A model generated the notes under the pieces. That model ran no database searches, was not told where the DNA came from, and saw only the letters and a list, made by a program, of their open reading frames with translations. From positions 1,736 to 65,735 of the IMG/VR virus record IMGVR_UViG_3300035170_000083: a stretch of DNA of 64,000 nucleotides; one strand, 5' to 3'. Source of the DNA: a virus. Taxonomy: Duplodnaviria > Caudoviricetes. Shown piece by piece: positions 44,789 through 53,025 of the stretch (position 1 is the stretch's first letter; each line of letters begins with the position of its first letter). The position numbers were made by a program, and so were the translations under genes.

Positions 44789-45603
44789 GCGACGACGAGA
44801 CCGAGAGCGACGAGGCCGAGCAGACGTCGGACGAGATCTGGGGCGACCGCGCGCAGTCGGTCGTCCTCGCCGTCAAGAACAACGGCCGCCCGATGAGAAT
44901 GGCGTCGTTGAACGTCTTCGCGCAGCGCAAGGGATGGGAGCCCCAGACGCTGCGCGGTGCCCTGCTGCACTGCGAGAATCGCAAGCTGCTCGTGAAGTTC
45001 AAGAGCATTACCGGGGAGCCGGCCTACAAGCTGCCGACGATGTCGGAGAGCGAGGGCGTCACGGAAGCGCTCGACCAGGTCGGCCGTGCGGTGGGAGGCG
45101 TGCGCCACCATGTCCGTGTCCTGCTCAACGTCGGTGAGCCAGCCGCGGCGCTGGCCGCCGCAGCCAAGGAGAAGACCGTGGAGAAGAAGGACTGGGTGTC
45201 GTTCACCCTCGCTGCTCAGATGCTGGGCTTGTCGAAGCCGATGATTTCGTTGCTGGTGAAGTCGGGCAAGCTCGAGCGGCGTGGGGAGGGCGCCGATTCC
45301 GAGGTCTCGCGCGCCTCGGTCATCAAGGTCCGCGCCGAGCGTTCCGCGAAGGCGAAGGCGAAGGCCGAGGCGAAGCCCAAGGCGGCAAAGCAGAAGGCCA
45401 AGGCGAAGCCGCGCGCCGCACGCGCCGCGCAGGCCGTGCCGCCGGCGCAATCTGCCGCCGAGGTCGCCGCTCCGAGCCCCGACATGGCCACGGCCGTCTC
45501 TCACGTGCGCGAAGTCGTGGGCGCGTTCGCAACGTGCGTCCAGATCGGGGCCATGACGCTGCAACAGGCCTGGGACCAGCTCGTGGCCTGGTCGGCGCGA
45601 TGA
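44785..45603 (+). CDS. DNA-binding protein (wHTH plus excisionase-like HTH, Lys/Ala-rich linker)
   Basis: 'WVSFTLAAQMLGLSKPMISLLVKSGKL'. Confidence 0.65.
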   Translation: MSDDETESDEAEQTSDEIWGDRAQSVVLAVKNNGRPMRMASLNVFAQRKGWEPQTLRGALLHCENRKLLVKFKSITGEPAYKLPTMSESEGVTEALDQVGRAVGGVRHHVRVLLNVGEPAAALAAAAKEKTVEKKDWVSFTLAAQMLGLSKPMISLLVKSGKLERRGEGADSEVSRASVIKVRAERSAKAKAKAEAKPKAAKQKAKAKPRAARAAQAVPPAQSAAEVAAPSPDMATAVSHVREVVGAFATCVQIGAMTLQQAWDQLVAWSAR

Positions 45604-46268
45604 ACACCTGCGGCATCTGCGGCACCGAGTGGGACCCGTCCTTCGTCAAGGAGTGCCCGGTGTGCTTCAAGTGGGCGACGGCGGCGCCCGGCGGTCCAGT
45701 CGAGCAGCTGGACCCGAACGACCCCGTCAATCGCGCCCTGGCGATGGCGGTGCTCTGCTTCAACGCGCTCTACGAGGCCGCGCAGACCTTCGTCGACGAC
45801 AAGATGCACGCCGCCCACAAGGCCGGGTTCACCGGATGGCTCGATGTGCGCGGTACCGTGGACGGCGACAAATGGATCGTGCGCCGCCGCCTCCGAGCCC
45901 ACGGCGAGAAGCTGCCCCCCGGTCGCGGCTGGTGGCACATCCCCGTCTCGCCGACCATCCTCGACGAGTTCTTCGAGCGCGTGAAGCCGGCGCCGCCGGA
46001 GGAGCCCGAGAAGGCGATTGACGTCGACGCAGCCACGGAAGAGCAGGGTGCACCGGCCCCGCTCGACGTGAACGCGCTCCTGCGCGCTCGCGCTCGCGAA
46101 GTCGATGCCCTGGCGGGGAACATGTGGCGCACGAAGGATGAGCTGCTGACCGCGCTCGGGGACGCCGCGGGCCCGGTCGTCGAAGTGCTGAAGGAGGCGC
46201 GGCTGGCGCTGCTCCGAATCTCCGACGCCATCGCGCGCGAGGTCGAGGCGCGCGGGACGCTCCAATAG
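45600..46268 (+). CDS. Hypothetical protein with an N-terminal Zn ribbon
   Basis: CGIC...CPVC. Confidence 0.55.
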   Translation: MNTCGICGTEWDPSFVKECPVCFKWATAAPGGPVEQLDPNDPVNRALAMAVLCFNALYEAAQTFVDDKMHAAHKAGFTGWLDVRGTVDGDKWIVRRRLRAHGEKLPPGRGWWHIPVSPTILDEFFERVKPAPPEEPEKAIDVDAATEEQGAPAPLDVNALLRARAREVDALAGNMWRTKDELLTALGDAAGPVVEVLKEARLALLRISDAIAREVEARGTLQ

Positions 46269-46270
46269 CC

Positions 46271-46672
46271 TTGGCCCGCCGGCCCGCAGAGCTGTGCGCC
46301 GTCTGCGACAACACCAACGAGACCACGCGACTGTGCCCGACCTGTCGCGCCGACCCCTCTAACCGGGATTGGATGGAGCAGAGCGAGCTCGAGCAGGGCA
46401 CCCAGGATGTGGATGTGGCGGCCGCCGGCGGCGTGCGTCTTGAGTCTGTGTTCGGCGGCAGGCGGAAGGGCGATACCGAGATGGCACGGCGAATCGTCGC
46501 CATCGCGCTCCGAGAAAAGGTCATGCGCCGCAGGCGCCGTCGGAATGCCAACGGCGATCTCCTGCGGGGATGGGTGACCGTCGAGGAGGACCTCACCCTT
46601 CGCGAGATTGCCGAGCGGGCCGGATGCTCTCGGGAGTACGCACGAAAGGTCATCAATCGGATCATCGGATGA
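46271..46672 (+). CDS. Zn-ribbon plus sigma70 region 4-like HTH protein (late regulator candidate)
   Basis: CAVC...CPTC; 'LTLREIAERAGCSREYARKVI'. Confidence 0.65.
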   Translation: MARRPAELCAVCDNTNETTRLCPTCRADPSNRDWMEQSELEQGTQDVDVAAAGGVRLESVFGGRRKGDTEMARRIVAIALREKVMRRRRRRNANGDLLRGWVTVEEDLTLREIAERAGCSREYARKVINRIIG

Positions 46673-46799
46673 GAATCAACAAGCACGAACAACGAAGCTC
46701 CATGCGCATTTCCGCGCAGCCTGGATGAGGGGAGAGTGGTTCCGGTCGACGGGAGACCTCATGCGTTTCATACGAGAGCTGAGAACCACTAAGCCGTGA
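46669..46799 (+). pseudogene. GIY-YIG (T5orf172) C-terminal remnant
   Basis: 'KLHAHFRAAWMRGEWFRSTGDLMRFIRELR' matches 'LHSHFAPLREEGEWFKSHPALLEMMTRLR' in the 38338 gene; the N-terminal part is missing. Confidence 0.6.
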
Positions 46800-46833
46800 C
46801 CTCGGTTTGTCAACTCCCTCCCCGGCTACTTGT

Positions 46834-47187
46834 ATGAGCACGGGAAAGCGGCTCGCGGACGTCGCCTTCGAGGAGTACAAGGTCACCCGCCAGATCAGCA
46901 CCGGCAACGGCGATCTCTACTGCGCTCAGTGGCGTACCCCGGGCTGGTTCATCCGCGAGGAGCTGGGCTATGACGGCCCCGTCGGCCTCCGGCTCTACAC
47001 GATGATTCCGCAGGAGCGCCTGGAAGAGCGGCACAGGGCGGCGATGGTCGTGCCGCCCCCGAAGCGCCTCAGCAAGAAGGCGAAGAAGGCGCAGGCGCGC
47101 GAGACCCGCTACAGCCGCCGCCTCAAGCTCGAGCAGCTCGAGATGCGGGCGCGGATGCAGGCGCTGGCGATGCGCCACGCCGCCTGA
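46834..47187 (+). CDS. Hypothetical basic protein
   Basis: ORF with phage-like codon usage. Confidence 0.5.
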   Translation: MSTGKRLADVAFEEYKVTRQISTGNGDLYCAQWRTPGWFIREELGYDGPVGLRLYTMIPQERLEERHRAAMVVPPPKRLSKKAKKAQARETRYSRRLKLEQLEMRARMQALAMRHAA

Positions 47188-47251
47188 CCTCGTCGTCGTC
47201 CTCCCCACACACCCAACCTGCCGCCTGTAGCACCGCGGCGAGGAGTCCATC

Positions 47252-47488
47252 ATGGCCAAGGCATTCGGCGCCACCCGGCGCGACAGCGGCGTTCGTTCGA
47301 ACCTCGGCGCGGCGGCGCGCACCGGCGGCGGCGGCGCGGCGACCGTCGCCAAGGTCGCCAACTTCCTGGCGCGCGGCGGCGGCCCCAAGGCCAACTTCGT
47401 CAACAAGGCCGGGCGGCTGAATTCCGCCCGCCCGCGCGGCGCGGCTCCCCGGGGCAAGGGCGGCGGCGCCGGCGGCAAGGAGAGCTGA
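47252..47488 (+). CDS. Gly/Arg/Ala-rich peptide 1 ending RGAAPRGKGGGAGGKES
   Basis: SD GAGGAG; paralogous to the next gene. Confidence 0.8.
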   Translation: MAKAFGATRRDSGVRSNLGAAARTGGGGAATVAKVANFLARGGGPKANFVNKAGRLNSARPRGAAPRGKGGGAGGKES

Positions 47489-47490
47489 CG

Positions 47491-47676
47491 GTGGCGCGGC
47501 AGGGATTCGGCGCTCGCGTCGCCGCGGGCGCGGCCCGGGCAGGTGACGCTGCGCTGCGCTTCCTGGGCTTGCGGCGCAACCTGTTCTTCCCGGGCGGCAA
47601 GAAGGGCGCCGGCGGTGGCCGACGCGGCGCCGCGCCTCGTGGCAAGGCCGGTGGCGCCGGTGGCAAAGAAAGCTGA
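47491..47676 (+). CDS. Gly/Arg/Ala-rich peptide 2 ending RGAAPRGKAGGAGGKES
   Basis: The last 17 codons differ from peptide 1 by 8 synonymous changes and 1 non-synonymous change. Confidence 0.8.
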   Translation: MARQGFGARVAAGAARAGDAALRFLGLRRNLFFPGGKKGAGGGRRGAAPRGKAGGAGGKES

Positions 47677-48382
47677 TCCCGGCCCCGTCCTTCCACTTCC
47701 CGAGGCCAGAGCTCTCCTGCAGCGTGCGCGCGCGGAGACCGGCCTCATCCTTGTCGCCCTGAGCGGCGGCAAGGATTCGCTCTGCACGCTGGACCTGGCG
47801 GTCGAGGTCTTCGGCCCGCGCAACGTGGTCGCGTTCTCGATGTACCTGGTCAAGGGGTTGCGCTGCTTCGAAGGGCCGATCGAAGCCGCCGCCCGCCGCT
47901 ACGGCGTTCGCGTCGAGTACGTGCCGCACTGGATGCTCGGGCGCATGTACAAGTTCGCGTACCTGATGCCGCATCGGGGCAACGCGCACGAGTGGCGCGA
48001 GACCAAGCTGACGGACATCGAGCAGCTGGTGCGGAAACGCACGGGCATCGACTGGATCGCCTACGGGCACCGCGCCGCCGAGTCGCCGCACCGGCGGGGC
48101 ATGCTCAACAGCTTCCAGGGCTTCAACGACAGGCAGAAGCGCGTGTACCCCGTGTGGCGCTGGCGGGTGGGCGACGTCTACGCGTACGTGCGGGCGCGGC
48201 GCATCCCGTTGCCGCCGACGTTCGGCACGTACCGGGCGGGCGGCGTGAGCCTCAACCCGGAAGCGCTGACCTTCATCAAGAAGCACTTCCCCGACGACTA
48301 CGGAAAGATCTTGGAGGTCTTCCCGTTCGCCGAGGTCCAGCTCAAGCGGCGGGAGCTCTACCCGCCCGAGGAAGACACATGA
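47660..48382 (+). CDS. PAPS-reductase-like PP-loop (adenine nucleotide alpha-hydrolase) protein
   Basis: 'ILVALSGGKDS', 'AYGHRAAESPHRR', 'YPVWRWRVGDVYAYV'; lacks the CC/CxxC and ECG motifs. Confidence 0.88.
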   Translation: MAKKADPGPVLPLPEARALLQRARAETGLILVALSGGKDSLCTLDLAVEVFGPRNVVAFSMYLVKGLRCFEGPIEAAARRYGVRVEYVPHWMLGRMYKFAYLMPHRGNAHEWRETKLTDIEQLVRKRTGIDWIAYGHRAAESPHRRGMLNSFQGFNDRQKRVYPVWRWRVGDVYAYVRARRIPLPPTFGTYRAGGVSLNPEALTFIKKHFPDDYGKILEVFPFAEVQLKRRELYPPEEDT

Positions 48383-49074
48383 AACTCGCCATCTGCCTCG
48401 CGGTCACGCTGCTCATCCCCGCCTGCTCATCGTCGCGTGTCGGCGTGGCCACCGGCCACCTCGACCAGGCGGCGGACATGAGCGCTGCCGCCGACATGTC
48501 CCAGGTGCCCGATTTGGCAACCGTGCCCGACATGGCGCAGCCGCTGCCGCTGGCGCTCGGAGACCGCTGCAACATCGGCGACTGCGCCTTCGTCACCGAC
48601 CTAACCGGCGATCCCTGCCCAAGCGACGGCTCGATGGACTGTCACCTGTCGTGCCCGCTCTGCGGCGCCGGCAACACCTGTACGGTGGTCGGCAATGATC
48701 CCGACGACCCGACGAAGGCGCTGACCGAGTGCGCCGGCCCGGTCTGTGGCAACGGCGATGTGGTCTGCGACCCCGGCACGCTCTGCGCCGTGCGCGGCGG
48801 CGGCGCCCACGATTGCCTGCCCCAGTGCACGAAGAACGGCGCCACGGTCTACCGGACCGGAAGTAACTGCGAGGCGCGCGGCCTGTTCCTCGACGAGCTG
48901 ACGGGCAAGTGTTTCGTGCCCTGCTTCTACGACCAGTGTCTCGACGTGGGCGACAACTACTGCGGCCTGCCGGTGGACCTCGCGCGGCGGCTGCAGGCGT
49001 CGAAGCGTAAGCACGACGCGCAACTGAGGGCGTTCCGCGCGGCCCAGCGCCATGCGGCCCCCGTGGCCCGGTGA
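48379..49074 (+). CDS. Cys-rich lipoprotein
   Basis: Lipobox IPAC; DMS/DLA/DMA linker repeats; many Cys. Confidence 0.7.
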   Translation: MKLAICLAVTLLIPACSSSRVGVATGHLDQAADMSAAADMSQVPDLATVPDMAQPLPLALGDRCNIGDCAFVTDLTGDPCPSDGSMDCHLSCPLCGAGNTCTVVGNDPDDPTKALTECAGPVCGNGDVVCDPGTLCAVRGGGAHDCLPQCTKNGATVYRTGSNCEARGLFLDELTGKCFVPCFYDQCLDVGDNYCGLPVDLARRLQASKRKHDAQLRAFRAAQRHAAPVAR

Positions 49075-49337
49075 GCGCCTTCTGGGTCTGGGTGATGCTG
49101 GCGCTGCAGCCGGCGCAGGCCACCAACAGCACCTTCGCTATCTCAGGGCCACCCATCCCGCTGAGGACGACCGGGGCGACGTTCAGCTCGTTCTCGCTCT
49201 TCCTGGTACAGGACTCCGCCCGCGTGCTGTTCAGGGTGTCGCCCGACAAGAAGGTCCACGTCACCCCGGGCGTCACCGCCGAGCACATCGCGGAGACCTG
49301 GTACCGCTACGCGTCGGAAGGGCATTGCCGGTGGTGA
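49071..49337 (+). CDS. Small exported protein
   Basis: Signal-like N-terminus; translationally coupled. Confidence 0.4.
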   Translation: MSAFWVWVMLALQPAQATNSTFAISGPPIPLRTTGATFSSFSLFLVQDSARVLFRVSPDKKVHVTPGVTAEHIAETWYRYASEGHCRW

Positions 49338-49434
49338 CCGCGCTGCGGTGGGAGGTCTATCGCCTCATGCGCCTGGGGTTTCGCCTGGTGGATGCGCTGG
49401 CCATCGCCCAGCTGACGATGGCCGAGGGACGCTG

Positions 49435-49698
49435 ATGGCCGAGGACGACGTCATCGACCTACACGAGCGGCGCAGCCAGCGCGAACAGCAGGTCGGGGCC
49501 GAGGCCCACGCGCGCGGCCAGGCCTTCGCCTTCGCGCCGTACGACTTCGACGAGACCTTCGTGGGGCACATCGAGACCAACGACAACCGGACGGTCGTGC
49601 TCATCACCGACCCCACGCAGCTGGTCGGCATCTGCATGACGCCCGAGGACGCGGTGAAGCTCGGCGCAGCCCTGGTCGCCGCAGGCAAGGTCGAGTGA
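49435..49698 (+). CDS. Hypothetical protein
   Basis: MAEDDVIDL... start; translationally coupled. Confidence 0.5.
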   Translation: MAEDDVIDLHERRSQREQQVGAEAHARGQAFAFAPYDFDETFVGHIETNDNRTVVLITDPTQLVGICMTPEDAVKLGAALVAAGKVE

Positions 49699-50579
49699 TG
49701 GCGAAGGCAGCCGCGAAGAAGCGCACGACCGACGCGCCGCCGAAGCGCACCGCCGTCCCAGCGCGCAAGCCGTCGGCCGCCACGGACCTGCTCGAGCCGC
49801 AGGGCACGCCCCCGCTGTCCAAGTACCAGGGCTACCGGCAGGGCCGGGTCGCGCGCCGCGACCTGAAGAACGCCGAGTACAACCCGCGGCAGATCGACCC
49901 CCACGCCCGCAAGGAGCTGCTGCGCATCATCCGCTCCAAGAAGCTGGTCAGCTCGCTCACCTGGAACGAGCGCACCGGCAACCTGGTCGGGGGCCACCAG
50001 CGCCTCAACATCCTGGACGCGCTGGAGAAGTCGGAGAACTACTCGCTCGACGTCGACATCGTGGACGTCTCGCTCGAGGAGGAGAAGGAGCTCAACCTCA
50101 TCCTCAACAACTTCGAGATCCAGGGGCAGTACGACCCGGTGAAGCTCGAGGCGTTGTTCGAGAGCGGGGTCAACTTCCAGAGCGCCGGCTTCCTGCCGAT
50201 GACCATCCAGACGCTCTTCCCGGAGTCGCCGCGCTTGGAGTCGATGTTCTCGGTCGCCAGCGCCCCGCCCGCCGTGCAGCGGGACATGGCGGACCTGCAG
50301 GAGCTGTCCGAGCAGGAGCGCCCGGCGGCGAAGAAGAAGCGCCAGGCGGACGAGACGCCCGAGGAGCGCATCACGCGCATGAAGGCGGAGAAGAAGCGCC
50401 ACCGCGAGGACATGTCCAAGCGGGACGACACCGAGTTCTACGCCCCGGTCATCTGCCAAAACCGGGAGGAGCGCGAGCACCTGATGGAGCGACTGGGGCT
50501 GCACCCGAACGAGCGCTACATCGACCTGCGCGTGCTCCTGGCGCACCTCGAAGTGGCGCGGATAGGCAAGGCGTCGTGA
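49698..50579 (+). CDS. ParB/Srx-like N-terminal domain protein (terminase-linked)
   Basis: 'LKNAEYNPRQI...LTWNERTGNLVGGHQRL...EEKELNLILNN..IQGQYD'. Confidence 0.9.
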   Translation: MAKAAAKKRTTDAPPKRTAVPARKPSAATDLLEPQGTPPLSKYQGYRQGRVARRDLKNAEYNPRQIDPHARKELLRIIRSKKLVSSLTWNERTGNLVGGHQRLNILDALEKSENYSLDVDIVDVSLEEEKELNLILNNFEIQGQYDPVKLEALFESGVNFQSAGFLPMTIQTLFPESPRLESMFSVASAPPAVQRDMADLQELSEQERPAAKKKRQADETPEERITRMKAEKKRHREDMSKRDDTEFYAPVICQNREEREHLMERLGLHPNERYIDLRVLLAHLEVARIGKAS

Positions 50580-50869
50580 TTCCGGTCTACGTCGTCACGC
50601 CGATCAGATTCTCCTGGCGCTGGGACGACCTCGAGCTGCGGTCGTGCAACCAGTCGCTGCTGCAGGACGGGGAGCACACGACGGCCGAGGTCGTTCGGTG
50701 GCTGGCGAGCGGAGGCTGTATCGCCATCGCCGCCTGGGTGCACACCAGTGACGGGAACCACGAGCTGAGGTTCGTTGGCGACCGCCCCTTTCAAGTCGAC
50801 GCGGCGAGGTTCATGGAGATGGCGAAGCACGGCCACGAGATGTTGCGCCGCACCGAGTTAGGCCGATGA
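50576..50869 (+). CDS. Hypothetical protein
   Basis: Coupled ORF. Confidence 0.45.
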   Translation: MIPVYVVTPIRFSWRWDDLELRSCNQSLLQDGEHTTAEVVRWLASGGCIAIAAWVHTSDGNHELRFVGDRPFQVDAARFMEMAKHGHEMLRRTELGR

Positions 50870-51063
50870 AGGTCCCCAAGCACCACCAGGCGCCCAAGGA
50901 CCTGCTCTGGTCGCTCGCCGACCGCGTGCAGGCGCACTCCGATGAGCGGCGCGAGCGCACGGGAGCGGCGGCGCAGGTGGACACCGACCTGCTGGCGCGG
51001 GCGCGGCTGTCCGGGTGGAAGCCGGTGGCGGAGCGGCGGATGCCTCCGCGGAGAGCCCCATGA
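50866..51063 (+). CDS. Hypothetical protein
   Basis: Coupled ORF. Confidence 0.4.
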   Translation: MKVPKHHQAPKDLLWSLADRVQAHSDERRERTGAAAQVDTDLLARARLSGWKPVAERRMPPRRAP

Positions 51064-51584
51064 GCAGCGACAAGTCGAAGGGCGGCCGCCCCCGCAAGCT
51101 GGACGAGGTCATCACCGTCCGCACGATGGAGGACGGCAAGGCGGTCGAGCGCAAGATGACCGTGGGCGATCGCATCCTCATGGTGGTGCGCGCCGGCAAC
51201 TTCCCGACCCCGGCCGCGGTCGCGTGCGGCGTCTCGGAGCGCGCGTTCATGGCCTGGATGAGAGCCGGGCGCGAGGGCAAGGACGAGCAGTTCGCGCAGT
51301 TTTATCAGGCCGTAAAAGAGGCCGAGAGCGAGGCCGAGGCGGTCGCGGTCGGGACCATCATGGCCAACCCCATGTGGCAGGCCAAAGCATGGTTCCTCGA
51401 GCGGAAGTTCCCCGACCGCTGGGGTCAGACCCTGAAGGTCGAGCAGAAGGTCGAGCAGGAGCTCGAGGACGCGATGGAGCGCCTGCGGGCGAGGTTGCCG
51501 CATGAGGTCTTCCAGCAAGTCGTCTCCATCCTCGCTGATGACGAGGGTGGCGAAGCGGAAGCTGGCGAGCCTTCGATCCAATAA
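51060..51584 (+). CDS. terS: Terminase small subunit-like HTH protein
   Basis: 'GRPRKL...GN..TPAAVACGVSERAFMAWM...WQAKAWFLERKFPDRWG'; precedes TerL. Confidence 0.8.
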   Translation: MSSDKSKGGRPRKLDEVITVRTMEDGKAVERKMTVGDRILMVVRAGNFPTPAAVACGVSERAFMAWMRAGREGKDEQFAQFYQAVKEAESEAEAVAVGTIMANPMWQAKAWFLERKFPDRWGQTLKVEQKVEQELEDAMERLRARLPHEVFQQVVSILADDEGGEAEAGEPSIQ

Positions 51585-53013
51585 CGCCACCGCCGAGTTC
51601 GCCAAGTACCGGGACGACCCCGAGGGCTTCGCCCGTGACGTCCTGGGCATCGACCCTTGGGCCCGCCAGGCTGAGATTCTTCGCGCTGTAGCCGCCAACG
51701 ACAAGACGGCCGTTCGGTCGGGTCACAAGATCGGCAAGTCGACCAGCTGCGCCATCCTGGCCCTCTGGTGGTACTGCACCCGGCCCCGCGCGCTGGTCGT
51801 CATGACCTCGGCGACGGATGAGCAGATCGGCAAGATCTTGTGGCCGGAGCTGCAGCGGCTCCATCGCAACGGTCGCCGGCGCATCGCCGGGCAGATGAAC
51901 GCCTCGCACCGGTCGGGCTTCAAGAGCCCCGACGGCCGGTGGATCTTCGGCATCTCGACGAACAAGACCGAGAACATGGGCGGCTACTCGGGCGCCGAGT
52001 TGCTGTTCATCGTCGACGAGGCCTCTGGTGTTGACGATGCCATCTTCAACGCCATCGAAGGCAACCGCGCCGGCGGCGCGCGGCTCATCATGTTCGGCAA
52101 CCCGACGCAGATGTCGGGGCGCTTCTACGAAGCGTTTCATGACAGCGCCGAGTTCTGGCACCCCATCCACGTTTCGAGCACCGAGTCGCCGAACGTCGTC
52201 GAGGGCCGCGTCGTCATCCCGGGCCTGGCCACGCGCGAGTACATCGACGAGAAGACGAAGGAGCTGGGCGGCCCCGGCAACAGCGAGTGGGACATCCGCA
52301 TCGGCGGAAACTTCCCGTCGCAGGGAAAGAACAGCGTCATCGGCCTGGTGCTGGTCGAGAACGCGAACAAGGACTGGCGCCAGCCAACTGTCGAGGACGG
52401 CCCCTTGGAGATTGGCGTCGACGTCGCGCGCTACGGCGACGACGAGACGGTCATCTGGGCGCGCCGGGGGAAGTTCCTGTACGAGCCGACGGTCATCCGC
52501 AGCATGGACGGACCGGAGGTCGCAGGCGCAGTTCTGGAGCTAGTGCGCGAGCTGCGCCATCGCACGGTGAAGCGCGTGGGCACACTGACGACCACGGGGC
52601 AGGAGATTGAGTCCATCGAGCTCGAACGCCCGCTGGTCAAGATCGACTCCATCGGCGTGGGCTCCAGCCCCTACGACGTCCTCAAGCGCAGCAAAGAGGT
52701 CAAGACCGTCGCCGTCGACGCCGGGTGCACGGCCGACAACGAAGAGGACTTCTTCAACCTGCGCTCTCAGCTGTGGTTCGCGCTGCAGAGCTGGCTGGCC
52801 GAGGGCGGCAAGTTCAAGCACGACCGGATGGCGCGCGGCGAGCTGCTGGCCCCCGTCTACGGCTTCGACGCACGCGGGCGCAAGCAGGTCGAGTCGAAGG
52901 ACCAGATCAAGAAGCGCATCCATCGGTCCCCGGACCGCGCTGACGCGATGGCGCTGGCCATCTACAAGGCTCCCGTGCGGAAGGGTCGCACCGGCGAGAC
53001 CTACTACGAGTAG
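51538..53013 (+). CDS. terL: Terminase large subunit
   Basis: Walker A 'RSGHKIGKS', Walker B 'FIVDEASG', 'GNP', nuclease motifs 'GVDVARYGDD' and 'SPDRADA'. Confidence 0.95.
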   Translation: MTRVAKRKLASLRSNNATAEFAKYRDDPEGFARDVLGIDPWARQAEILRAVAANDKTAVRSGHKIGKSTSCAILALWWYCTRPRALVVMTSATDEQIGKILWPELQRLHRNGRRRIAGQMNASHRSGFKSPDGRWIFGISTNKTENMGGYSGAELLFIVDEASGVDDAIFNAIEGNRAGGARLIMFGNPTQMSGRFYEAFHDSAEFWHPIHVSSTESPNVVEGRVVIPGLATREYIDEKTKELGGPGNSEWDIRIGGNFPSQGKNSVIGLVLVENANKDWRQPTVEDGPLEIGVDVARYGDDETVIWARRGKFLYEPTVIRSMDGPEVAGAVLELVRELRHRTVKRVGTLTTTGQEIESIELERPLVKIDSIGVGSSPYDVLKRSKEVKTVAVDAGCTADNEEDFFNLRSQLWFALQSWLAEGGKFKHDRMARGELLAPVYGFDARGRKQVESKDQIKKRIHRSPDRADAMALAIYKAPVRKGRTGETYYE

Positions 53014-53025
53014 GCGAGGTCACCC

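Noticed and set aside
47660-48382. Auxiliary sulfate-assimilation gene cysH
   Set aside because: It lacks the catalytic ECG motif and Fe-S cysteines, and its context is ParB/terminase.
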